Part shown: piece by piece, positions 8,837-17,006 of the stretch
How positions within the stretch are numbered: the stretch's first letter is position 1
How the letters are laid out: each line of letters begins with the position of its first letter
IMG/VR virus record: IMGVR_UViG_3300042301_004094
Coordinates: 113,025-133,024 of that record
DNA length: 20,000 nt
Origin: an uncultured virus (IMG/VR IMGVR_UViG_3300042301_004094)
Taxonomy: Duplodnaviria > Heunggongvirae > Uroviricota > Caudoviricetes
Reading direction: 5' to 3' (one strand)
Notes under the pieces: generated by a model
Seen by the model: the letters and a program-made list of their open reading frames with translations, nothing else
What the model was told of the DNA's origin: nothing
Databases searched by the model: none
Program-made: the position numbers and the translations under genes

Positions 8837-10414
8837 CTAACCCAATAACCATCGTATATCTTCTGCATTTCCGTGGGCATCATCTATTTTGTATGGATTA
8901 CCTCCAGGTATCCATTGCCCACCCCCATACTGCTGATCTCCAGTTTTCCTAAAGTTTAATAAACTTGCAGTTGCTAGATCACGACCTATTTGCGCAAATC
9001 TGGATGCTGTATCTCTAATAAAGAGACCCATTGATAATGACAATACTAAGTCATCATTATATCCGTTTTGTGCTTGCCCCTTACCATGCATCCAAATAAA
9101 CACTCTTAATTCCTCAAGTAAGCGCTTTGAATGAAAGGTAAATGACTTATCTCGAAGGTACGACTCCATCTTTGAGATAACAAGTGGTCTTGTCTTTGCT
9201 GATGTAGTAAATCCAGGAACTGTTTGCCCTGAGTCTAATTTTGATAGATATTTGTCAGCACTTAATTCACCATATGAGCGAGGTGAATAGTATAAATTTG
9301 CGTACTCGCGGTCTATAATAGTATTTACGACATCCCAACCGATATTAGCATTTTCCACTACTAAAAGCGCATTATTATATTCAGTAGCCACCGATACTAA
9401 CATATTTCCGTACTCACGTGTGCCTATTTGGGATTTAAACTCAGCTACTTGCTGACATGCTTCTAAATCAATGACTTGGAATGCAGAATAGTCACTTCCA
9501 TCTCCACGGGCAACGTCGGCTGATACAATGTAGTTTTTATTATAATCAGGATATTGCCAAATCCAAAAATCACCTCCCATGAAACGACGTTCAACAGGAT
9601 CCATTATAAACCCTTCATAATATTCTAATGTTTCTGGGTCAATTACTGTTGCTCCTGAGCCTAAGAAGTCACAATCATATTCCTGCGCAAAATCTCTTGC
9701 AGTCATATTTTCTTTTTCATTCTTGACCCAAGCACTATCTCTATCAGGGTGAACATCCCATTTTAATTGGATAGGAACAAAACTATTTTTACTTAATTCT
9801 GCTTCAACCCAGGTTTTGTGGAACCAATTACCTACACCATTTGGTGAAGATAATGCTACGCAACCACCACCTGTTGAGATTGTAGGTTTGATTGCGGTAT
9901 ATATTTTATCAATACCCTCAATAAACGCAGCCTCATCCATAATCAACCAAGATACTGCAAATGAACGACCAGCATCACTAGAAGCAGAGGTCGCTTTAAT
10001 AAACGAACCATTTGATAGTTTTAATGATGTTTGGTTTGATGCTACTGGTTTAGAACCCTTTAACCATGAAGGTAAGTTATTGTACATGAATTGAACTTTT
10101 TCAACCATGTTTTGTGCTGTTAATTGCTTAGTTGCAATACACAATATTGCTTTATCTTTATGAAATAACATTAACCATAAAGCATAACCAGCACACAAGG
10201 TAGAAATACCTAACTGACGAGATTTATTGATAATATTATAGTCGTTTGCTCGAAATGATTTTAATACATCTTCCTGGAAAGGATATAAATGAAATAAAAT
10301 TCTACCTTTAATTGGGTGGGTGATAAAACAATATTTTCTAAAGAAATGGACAGGATCAGAAGCACATTTAATGTATTCCTGTTTAATTATGTCCTTTATA
10401 TTTTGATCGCTCAT
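8837..10414 (-). CDS. terL: Terminase large subunit (T4 gp17-like)
   Basis: Adenine-binding LYPFQ, Walker A KSRQLGIST, Walker B LIMDEAAF, motif III SSPNG; RNase H-like nuclease ADVARGDGSDYS...NDDLV. Confidence 0.96.
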   Translation of the reverse strand: MSDQNIKDIIKQEYIKCASDPVHFFRKYCFITHPIKGRILFHLYPFQEDVLKSFRANDYNIINKSRQLGISTLCAGYALWLMLFHKDKAILCIATKQLTAQNMVEKVQFMYNNLPSWLKGSKPVASNQTSLKLSNGSFIKATSASSDAGRSFAVSWLIMDEAAFIEGIDKIYTAIKPTISTGGGCVALSSPNGVGNWFHKTWVEAELSKNSFVPIQLKWDVHPDRDSAWVKNEKENMTARDFAQEYDCDFLGSGATVIDPETLEYYEGFIMDPVERRFMGGDFWIWQYPDYNKNYIVSADVARGDGSDYSAFQVIDLEACQQVAEFKSQIGTREYGNMLVSVATEYNNALLVVENANIGWDVVNTIIDREYANLYYSPRSYGELSADKYLSKLDSGQTVPGFTTSAKTRPLVISKMESYLRDKSFTFHSKRLLEELRVFIWMHGKGQAQNGYNDDLVLSLSMGLFIRDTASRFAQIGRDLATASLLNFRKTGDQQYGGGQWIPGGNPYKIDDAHGNAEDIRWLLG

Positions 10415-10429
10415 ATACTAATTGTTGTA

Positions 10430-10438
10430 TATAAATAT
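10430..10438 (-). promoter_or_regulatory. ATATTTATA box (putative late promoter) directly after a terminator
   Basis: Plus strand tataaatat, about 16 nt before terL ATG 10414. Confidence 0.6.
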
Positions 10439-10440
10439 AT

Positions 10441-10467
10441 AAAAGAAACCCCAACTTACGTTGGGGT
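10441..10467 (-). terminator. Rho-independent terminator
   Basis: Minus strand ACCCCAAC-GTAA-GTTGGGGT-TTCTTTT: perfect 8-bp stem, GNRA loop, U tract. Confidence 0.85.
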
Positions 10468-10498
10468 CGGTCCTACAATGCTATTATAGGAGGGGCAT

Positions 10499-11194
10499 TT
10501 ATTTAACTAACATCAAGTAACCTAAACCTCCGATTACTATGTAACTTCCTATACGTTGGAATTTTGATTTTGCTTTTAATTTCTTTAATTGCAAGTCTAT
10601 TTGGTTATATTGATCTTCCCAACCTGCAATTTCCTTATCTTTATTTGTTAAAATCAACTTATATTTACTTTCTTTATTTTCAAATCCAGTAATAATATTG
10701 TCTTTAACAGTTATTTTTGCTTCCAATGTAGTAATAGTACTATCTTTTAATACGATAATTTGTTTAGTACCATCTAATTCTACTAAATCTTTAGCAGCAG
10801 CAACTAATACTGGTTGTGCTAAAGGTAATGGATTAGTTACTGTGTCTTTAGGGTAACGAGTATTAAATGAACTGATTAATTCATGTTCTGTAAAAGTATC
10901 AACTTTGCTTTTTTCTACTTCAATAGTTTCAACAATCCTAATTACTTTTGCTTTTTGGTGTTCTACCTTATATGTTAACTCTTCACTAACATAATTTAAT
11001 GAGTCAATAATAGCATCATCTTTTTTAATTTCAGCAAATAATGAATCATTTACTTTATGTAAACTATCCATTTCAACTAAAAATGCTTTATGATTAGCAT
11101 TACTACTACATTTTTCAAACAATACACTACCTATTGCTATAATAGCTACTACTATAACAATTTTTGGCAACCATTTTTTAACTAATAACATCAT
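10499..11194 (-). CDS. Membrane-anchored coiled-coil protein, possibly spanin-like (likely start 11194/11191 rather than 11248)
   Basis: N-terminal KKWLPK + IVIVVAIIAIGSVLF followed by EKC; long coiled-coil-like body; C-terminal hydrophobic IGSYIVIGGLGYLMLVK. Start 11194 avoids overlap with the upstream gene. Confidence 0.5.
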   Translation of the reverse strand: MMLLVKKWLPKIVIVVAIIAIGSVLFEKCSSNANHKAFLVEMDSLHKVNDSLFAEIKKDDAIIDSLNYVSEELTYKVEHQKAKVIRIVETIEVEKSKVDTFTEHELISSFNTRYPKDTVTNPLPLAQPVLVAAAKDLVELDGTKQIIVLKDSTITTLEAKITVKDNIITGFENKESKYKLILTNKDKEIAGWEDQYNQIDLQLKKLKAKSKFQRIGSYIVIGGLGYLMLVK

Positions 11195-11198
11195 ATTT

Positions 11199-12359
11199 TT
11201 ATTTTTTGATACCTGCATAATACTGCATTCTGTGTTTAATACCTTCATTCAAATCATCCATTTCATCTTCGTCCTCAAGTGGATTTTCGATTGGTGGTAG
11301 AGGAATATATTCTTTGCCTGCTTTTTTAGCAATATCTTTTTGTAAATATTCTGATTTAGCAACTAAAGCATCAATTCTTTGTTCTAGGCTTGCTTTTAAA
11401 TCTGTTAAACCTTTAATTTCTCTAGCAGTGCTACCTACGTCATTAATATCACCAGGTGTACTTCTATATCTCTTAGTTTTTAATAGATTTGATTTAACAC
11501 TTCTTAAACGATCAGATAATTTTGAATATTCCATCCAATCTTGATAATCTTCATCTGAAATAGTAACTGCTGATTTTGATCTGCTACCACCTGTCATTTC
11601 AGGTTCTGGTTCTTCTCCTGAAGCTTTAGCTGCTGCAAATGCTGCTTCTACTTCATCATCTGACATTTCTTCTTGACCTGATATTCCTAATGAATCTAAT
11701 TCACGTGATGTAAACATACTACCAGCTCCTGCTCTTCTACCTCTTGGATTGTAATACAATTCTTCATCACCAGTCGCTGTTGTGGATGCTGATGGAGTAG
11801 GCCTTGGATTTGTTAATCTTGGTGCTGCTTGTTCTGATGAAGAAACAATAATACCTGCATCAACCAATTCCATAAAATCTTTATTGATTGGATTTTGTTT
11901 ATCATAACCCATTTCACCAGCTACGTTCATTTTTGATACTGCTGATCCTGCTGCTTGAATAGCTGCTAAAATTTTAGCTTTTTTACCAGAAAATCCTGCA
12001 ATTTGTGCATCAGTAACATCATCTGCTAATTGATATCTAACACCAACATTTGCCATTTCGTCCAATTCTGTTGAAGACATACCTGGTTTTGATAGTTTAG
12101 TAAGTTTTAATTGTGCTGCTTGTATATTTTTATTAACAGCATTTATTTCAGCATCTTTTCCTGGTTTATCTACTGGAGCTACTTGTTGAGAAGTTAATTC
12201 TTGTTTTTTCTTATTAAGTGCTGCTATTTTAGCTCTTTCGGCAGCTAATGCTGCATTTTGTGCTTGTTTATCCTCAGCAGGACCTTCTTCAATTACTTCA
12301 AGTAATGCTTCACGGATAATATCTTGCAGTTCAGATTTTTTCATAGTATCGTTATTCAT
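11199..12359 (-). CDS. Hypothetical acidic protein with tags at both ends (start may be 12344)
   Basis: N-terminal MKKSELQDIIREALLEVIEE; C-terminal DDLNEGIKHRMQYYAGIKK; has its own ATATTTAT box. Confidence 0.7.
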   Translation of the reverse strand: MNNDTMKKSELQDIIREALLEVIEEGPAEDKQAQNAALAAERAKIAALNKKKQELTSQQVAPVDKPGKDAEINAVNKNIQAAQLKLTKLSKPGMSSTELDEMANVGVRYQLADDVTDAQIAGFSGKKAKILAAIQAAGSAVSKMNVAGEMGYDKQNPINKDFMELVDAGIIVSSSEQAAPRLTNPRPTPSASTTATGDEELYYNPRGRRAGAGSMFTSRELDSLGISGQEEMSDDEVEAAFAAAKASGEEPEPEMTGGSRSKSAVTISDEDYQDWMEYSKLSDRLRSVKSNLLKTKRYRSTPGDINDVGSTAREIKGLTDLKASLEQRIDALVAKSEYLQKDIAKKAGKEYIPLPPIENPLEDEDEMDDLNEGIKHRMQYYAGIKK

Positions 12360-12370
12360 AATTTTATATG

Positions 12371-12379
12371 TATAAATAT
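12371..12379 (-). promoter_or_regulatory. ATATTTATA box (putative late promoter)
   Basis: Plus strand tataaatat abutting the kinase stop; would restart late transcription after the non-structural cassette. Confidence 0.6.
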
Positions 12380-12897
12380 TAAAGACTTTGCAAAATTGCA
12401 GCGATACGTTCTTCAGTTGTACCTTCGACTTTAATTAATTTATTAGGTTTAAACTCATCTAATGATAATTGTATAGCTACATCTATTTTTCTGCGATATT
12501 CTAAATCAGTTTCACGTACACCATTATCTTCCATTTCAACACCATTTGGCGATACATAAATAACTAAATCATAATAACTACGAAGATGCATAGCTGATTC
12601 AACAAATGAGCGTTTTTCCCAATCTTTTATAGTTTTTGATGATAAAGTAAATGAACATACATCCCATACTGTACGATCTGTAATGATTTTAGGTTGTAAT
12701 AATTCACTAGCACGTTCTGCTAAAAATATAAATTGACCTGGTAATGTTGAATCTGTATTTAATGGAATACCTAGCCCACTAAGATATCTACTACGTTCAG
12801 TTTGTACAACATGATCTTTAAATTGATCAGTTTCACCTAACGCTTTTGCTAATGTAGTTTTACCTACACTCATTGTTCCTGCTAATCCTATTCTCAT
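12379..12897 (-). CDS. P-loop NTPase/kinase, NadR-type (AAA_28-like)
   Basis: RIGLAGTMSVGKTT Walker A, IITDRTVWD, YDLVIYV..., EDNGVRE, GTTEERI. Confidence 0.8.
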   Translation of the reverse strand: MRIGLAGTMSVGKTTLAKALGETDQFKDHVVQTERSRYLSGLGIPLNTDSTLPGQFIFLAERASELLQPKIITDRTVWDVCSFTLSSKTIKDWEKRSFVESAMHLRSYYDLVIYVSPNGVEMEDNGVRETDLEYRRKIDVAIQLSLDEFKPNKLIKVEGTTEERIAAILQSL

Positions 12898-13148
12898 TTA
12901 TTTCTATTATTTATTTTTTTCATTTGACGTGCTACTTTCTTCTGCTGTAAAGCTTCTTTAACTTGTTGCTTCAAACGTTTTTCAGCACCTGGTTTGTATT
13001 TGATATCTACCTCAATTGGTCCTTTATCAAATTTATCCAAATCATACTTCCATGTTTCAACAGTATTATCATCCTCATAAACTCTACTGAATTTACGAGG
13101 TTGATCTACTGGTTGTGATTCTTTAGGTCTACCTCTTCTCTCTTCCAT
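12894..13148 (-). CDS. Small protein with N-terminal AT-hook-like RRGRPK
   Basis: 84 aa; ATGA overlap with the kinase gene; basic C-terminus. Confidence 0.65.
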   Translation of the reverse strand: MEERRGRPKESQPVDQPRKFSRVYEDDNTVETWKYDLDKFDKGPIEVDIKYKPGAEKRLKQQVKEALQQKKVARQMKKINNRNK

Positions 13149-13174
13149 GCTTAAATGTATGAACTTTATTTTGC

Positions 13175-13405
13175 CTAAACTCTAGCACCTGCTGCTTTAC
13201 CTGCTGCTGTTTTATGGAATGGTTGTCCATTGCCATCTTTTTTTCGATCATCCCATTGTTCTTTGGTAAATTGAAAACCAAATAACCAATACTCGGCTGC
13301 GCGTTTATTACCTTGGGGAATATATGCGGGACCGTCCCAGTTATGCATTTTTCCATCTAAATAGTATACTATACTACCGTCTGCTGTTTTTATTCTTTTT
13401 GTCAT
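13175..13405 (-). CDS. Small protein with a single H-x-x-DGPA motif
   Basis: YYLDGKMHNWDGPAYI...EYWLFG resembles the LHRxDGPA repeat unit common in phage and giant-virus proteins. Confidence 0.7.
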   Translation of the reverse strand: MTKRIKTADGSIVYYLDGKMHNWDGPAYIPQGNKRAAEYWLFGFQFTKEQWDDRKKDGNGQPFHKTAAGKAAGARV

Positions 13406-13409
13406 TGTT

Positions 13410-14810
13410 TTATTTTAAAAGTGATTCTGCTACATAAATTCCGTGTGCGCCTGATACTGTAATACCACGAGCTGATAGTGCATCTCCTACAAAGTGTACA
13501 TTTGGATATGTTGTTAAAGATAAATCATTATAATTAACTAATGGTTCGGGTGAAAGATATTTTACCTCAGGCATGTATATACCCCAATCATTTTTCATTT
13601 TTGGAAATACTATTTGCATATTAGTAATAAAATCCTCAATATATTGAGCATATTCTTCACCTAAAGCATTGAATAAAACATCCATTGTATCTACTTGCAC
13701 AGCTGATACTGTATTATTTTCTGATGTAGTTCCTGGTTTGCGAGTTCTGTTTGGTGAATAATAAGTACCTGTTCCATCGATTTGTAGTTTTTGTACTACA
13801 TCTCTTGACCATGCAAATGGATCTTCAATACCCTTAATTTCCATCAGGATACCAAAGTTAGTCATATTATTTCTAAATTCTTCACCTTTCTTAGCGTGAC
13901 CATTATAACTAATATCACCATATGTTTCTTCTACAGCAACATAAGCAGCATTATTATTCGTGCAGAATGAGCGTAAAGAAACATTATCAAATTTCTGATA
14001 GAGTTTAAAATCGTAAGATACATCTATTAATTTTTGGAAATATTTTTGTGGCGCTTCAAAACGAACACCAATTTGTACTGATTTAGGTTCGTTAGGTAAT
14101 TCATATTGGTTTGCTAGTTGTTGAGCAAAATCAATACCTGATTTACCTACTGCAAATATTAGTTCATCATAATTATAGTATTCTGCTAGTTTAGGATTTT
14201 CACATACTGTTGTAATATCTTGTTTCTGGAAATCAATGTTAATAACAGTTGTATTCCATTCAAATCTAATACCTTTATCTAACAAATACTGATACCATGT
14301 TTTAGCAATTTCATGTAAGAAATTAGATCCAATGTGCCATACAGGAAACATTCTTAAACCAAAGTATGGTTTGATAAATTCAGGTTCTTCCTGAGGATCA
14401 GACATGAATATTTCTTCTGGTTTAGGGTGAAAACGTCTAAAATTAGAAATAACCTGGTCCATTAATTCCATTGCTTTTTCATCACCACAATACTTAGATA
14501 ATTGACCACCGATTTCGGTGTGATATGTTAATTTACCATCACTCCAACCACCAGCACCTAACATACCTGTCATTACTTCTTCAGGTAGGCGATTAATTGG
14601 ATCATTACCTTTATCTAAAATAGTAATAAATTCACCAGGATATCCATTATCTACTAATTTAGTAGCAGCGTTAATACCTGCTACCCCCGCACCAATAATA
14701 ACAATATTTTTATATTGTTTTTCTGGCTTCGTTCTTATAATCCTTGATGTTGATCTAGGAGTATCAAACAGCTCCTGTGTTTGTCTAAATGAATTTTGAT
14801 ATTCTCTCAT
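13410..14810 (-). CDS. FAD-dependent oxidoreductase (COG2509-like)
   Basis: Rossmann IIGAGVAG, GMLGAGGWSDGKL, HIGS, IGVRFE, RSFCTN, PEVKY, HFVGDA. Confidence 0.88.
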   Translation of the reverse strand: MREYQNSFRQTQELFDTPRSTSRIIRTKPEKQYKNIVIIGAGVAGINAATKLVDNGYPGEFITILDKGNDPINRLPEEVMTGMLGAGGWSDGKLTYHTEIGGQLSKYCGDEKAMELMDQVISNFRRFHPKPEEIFMSDPQEEPEFIKPYFGLRMFPVWHIGSNFLHEIAKTWYQYLLDKGIRFEWNTTVINIDFQKQDITTVCENPKLAEYYNYDELIFAVGKSGIDFAQQLANQYELPNEPKSVQIGVRFEAPQKYFQKLIDVSYDFKLYQKFDNVSLRSFCTNNNAAYVAVEETYGDISYNGHAKKGEEFRNNMTNFGILMEIKGIEDPFAWSRDVVQKLQIDGTGTYYSPNRTRKPGTTSENNTVSAVQVDTMDVLFNALGEEYAQYIEDFITNMQIVFPKMKNDWGIYMPEVKYLSPEPLVNYNDLSLTTYPNVHFVGDALSARGITVSGAHGIYVAESLLK

Positions 14811-14827
14811 AAATTTTTATTGATTGT

Positions 14828-14859
14828 TAAATATACTATTTTGTTTTGCCATTACCAAA
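14828..14859 (-). promoter_or_regulatory. Bacteroidetes-type host promoter (-33 TTTG / -7 TAnnTTTG-like)
   Basis: Minus strand TTTG-N20-TATATTTA (one mismatch at the last position), 17 nt before ATG 14810. Confidence 0.55.
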
Positions 14860-14888
14860 AAAGAGAGGGCACACCTTTTGGGTGCGCC
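14857..14888 (-). terminator. Rho-independent terminator
   Basis: Minus strand GGCGCACC-CAAAA-GGTGTGCC-CTCTCTTTTTT; 8-bp stem with one G-U pair that is only possible on the minus strand. Confidence 0.7.
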
Positions 14889-14934
14889 ACAGCTGCATTA
14901 ATATTGTTTCGATGCGACAGGCTATGAATCTGTC
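14888..14934 (-). ncRNA. Candidate structured RNA element (pseudoknot)
   Basis: GACAG/CTGTC stem; loop CATAGC complementary to downstream GCTGTG; intervening GCAT/ATGC hairpin. Confidence 0.35.
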
Positions 14935-14947
14935 TATATGTTTATTT

Positions 14948-16102
14948 TTATTGTAATGTTGGGGTTTTGTTATAATCAATAACTAAAGTTTTTCCTCCTT
15001 TAGTTGGTTCTAATTTTGCTTGTTTTAATGGAATTGTTCTAAAATCAATTCCGTATTTTTGATTTTCATGACGTGCAATTGATATAATAGGCATATCGTC
15101 AGGTTGTAAATCATCTTTATCATTCATATTTCTAGTAGTCTTAATGGTTAAAATACCATTTTCAAGACTATAATCAGTTGATGAAAATGAACGTTGTACT
15201 ATTTTAGCTTTATCAGGGCCAAATGTAATATTTTCTAAATTTTCTTCTATTCCTGGGTAATTAAGTATGAATATTCTTCCATATCTTCTTTCATCTTCAG
15301 GATCTACCATATCTAGTACCTTAGGTTGGAGTGGGTTTGGTTTTATTTGTAACTTAGGTATTTCACCTTTTTGTCCACCCTCAATAAATTTATTCAACAA
15401 ATCATTAAAATTTTTTCTTTCACTACTCCACCAATAAGGACCGTCTTTTTTTACAGATATGTTTTGTTCACCTTCTGATGTTGTTAATGATACATCTCCT
15501 TTAAAACCTAATTTACTACCTTTTACCCCCATACCTTCTGCTTTTGAAACATCAGAAATGAAAATTTCTTTTCCTTTTTCATCAACAAACTTAACATTTA
15601 TAGGACCACCATTTTCTTCTACAAAATTATTAATAGCATCTACTAACTCTTTTTCATTAGATACTCCAGCTCCACCTGATGTTTGGCCACCTAAATTAGA
15701 TGATTTATAAATTGTACTTACATTTATTGATGTTTCTTGACCATTTAATTGTCCTATAATTTTTACATTACGAGCATTACTAACATTTCTAATAGCTCCT
15801 ATCAGATTAGATTTTTCTTCTGGTTTATCTGCAAAAAATGTTTCGTTATTTACAACAATGTAGTCTGCTATGAAATCTTCTTCACCTTTAGAACCTAATT
15901 TAAATGGTTCTAGACTATAAAAAATATCAACAAATTGATCAGGACGTTTTTTAATTGTATTTAACGATAACATAGCTTCTTCTAATTCTATTTCATTAAT
16001 TATTTCTTGTAAAATAGATAGCTTTTTAGGATTGTTTAAATCAACAATCCCATCATGGCAACGAAATGACCACTCATTTAATATTTTATCTATAACTGTC
16101 AT
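14948..16102 (-). CDS. PD-(D/E)xK-like nuclease-fold protein (likely start 16102, 384 aa)
   Basis: GAGVSNEKELV helix, then FKGDVSL...NISVKK (K-x-D...S-x-K variant active site). MTVIDKILNEWS start lies 1 nt after the upstream stop. Confidence 0.55.
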   Translation of the reverse strand: MTVIDKILNEWSFRCHDGIVDLNNPKKLSILQEIINEIELEEAMLSLNTIKKRPDQFVDIFYSLEPFKLGSKGEEDFIADYIVVNNETFFADKPEEKSNLIGAIRNVSNARNVKIIGQLNGQETSINVSTIYKSSNLGGQTSGGAGVSNEKELVDAINNFVEENGGPINVKFVDEKGKEIFISDVSKAEGMGVKGSKLGFKGDVSLTTSEGEQNISVKKDGPYWWSSERKNFNDLLNKFIEGGQKGEIPKLQIKPNPLQPKVLDMVDPEDERRYGRIFILNYPGIEENLENITFGPDKAKIVQRSFSSTDYSLENGILTIKTTRNMNDKDDLQPDDMPIISIARHENQKYGIDFRTIPLKQAKLEPTKGGKTLVIDYNKTPTLQ

Positions 16103-16103
16103 A

Positions 16104-16646
16104 TTATGCTTCTGCTGGTGGAGGAGTTTCTTCTGCTGGTGTTTCTTCAGGTGTAGCTGGGGTTTCAGCTCCTGATAAATCATTAAATGCTGCTTCGCCA
16201 GCATCTGGTGCTGCAGGAGCTTCTGGAGCTGCTGCGTCTGCAGGTACTGCTGCATTTGCATCTTCTTTAAGTGCAGGAGATAATGATAATAAATTTGATA
16301 CAGCTTGGCTTGCTTTATCTATAGCACTACCCATAGCTAAATCATATCTTTTACCTGCTACTTTAGCTATAAAAGTACCACCTGAGTATACTAATTGGAA
16401 ATCTAATCCATTGATTAATTCAATATTAAGTGTTGTTGGTTTTGGAGCAACAACAGTAACACTGCTTAAATATCTACTAAATGAAGGAGACATTATTGAT
16501 TCAACAGCATCTTTTAATTTAGGAAAACGATATATTAAATATAAAGATTTTTCAGCACGCTTGATTGCTTGCTCTTCTTCTTGCAATCTTTGTCTGATTG
16601 CTTTTTTAATATATTTTTCTAATAATATTTTTTTAGTATTCTCCAT
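16104..16646 (-). CDS. Hypothetical protein with Pro/Ala/Glu-rich disordered tail
   Basis: 180 aa; N-terminal [17 protein letters not shown]; tail [10 protein letters not shown]...[14 protein letters not shown]. Confidence 0.7.
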   Translation of the reverse strand: MENTKKILLEKYIKKAIRQRLQEEEQAIKRAEKSLYLIYRFPKLKDAVESIMSPSFSRYLSSVTVVAPKPTTLNIELINGLDFQLVYSGGTFIAKVAGKRYDLAMGSAIDKASQAVSNLLSLSPALKEDANAAVPADAAAPEAPAAPDAGEAAFNDLSGAETPATPEETPAEETPPPAEA

Positions 16647-17004
16647 TATTTTCCATTTCGTTAGCTTCTTCAGTTAAATATTGTTCTATACTATTCATAT
16701 AATCTGAAGCTAAAGTAATATATGCAGATACCCAACCTGGTAATTGTTGGTTAGGTTCGATCATTTTATAAATTTTAGAAGCATTTTCTACCATACTTCT
16801 TAGTTCACTTTTAGCCATTGTGGCTTCGTGATCTTCAGTTTTAGGCCAAGTTAAATGAGTTTCTTTAACTAAAGCTACAGCAATTTTTTTACGACGATTA
16901 GCAAGATAGGAATCTGTCTTATTTACTTTACCATCATTGTTGATATCTTTATCTTCTTTACCCACTGGGTCTAAGCCTTCTACTAAATTTGATAATCTAA
17001 TCAT
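16633..17004 (-). CDS. Hypothetical protein with Dx[DN]xDG Ca-binding-like loop
   Basis: 123 aa; MIRLSNLVE tag; [13 protein letters not shown]-terminal helical module MAKSEL...[15 protein letters not shown]. Confidence 0.7.
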   Translation of the reverse strand: MIRLSNLVEGLDPVGKEDKDINNDGKVNKTDSYLANRRKKIAVALVKETHLTWPKTEDHEATMAKSELRSMVENASKIYKMIEPNQQLPGWVSAYITLASDYMNSIEQYLTEEANEMENNGEY

Positions 17005-17006
17005 TG

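Noticed and set aside
6941..10414. Inteins or introns in terL or the portal gene
   Set aside because: Both ORFs are continuous with expected motif spacing; no intein or homing endonuclease motifs were seen.
11195..11248. N-terminal 18 aa of the 249-aa ORF
   Set aside because: Overlaps the tagged C-terminus of the upstream gene; a start at 11194/11191 gives a normal signal-anchor N-terminus.
13129..13356. 75-aa minus-strand ORF overlapping 13175-13405
   Set aside because: Alternative frame of the HxxDGPA gene, which has the recognisable motif and better packing.
14857..14947. Hammerhead or HDV-like ribozyme, or tRNA, in the intergenic gap
   Set aside because: CGAAAC is present but there is no CUGANGA core, HDV L3 motif or cloverleaf/T-loop; kept only as an unassigned structured RNA.
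16103..16261. Gln-rich N-terminal extension of the 437-aa ORF, or a programmed frameshift fusion
   Set aside because: It is the off-frame reading of the upstream gene's GCA/CCA-rich tail; I saw no slippery site, and ATG 16102 is the natural start.
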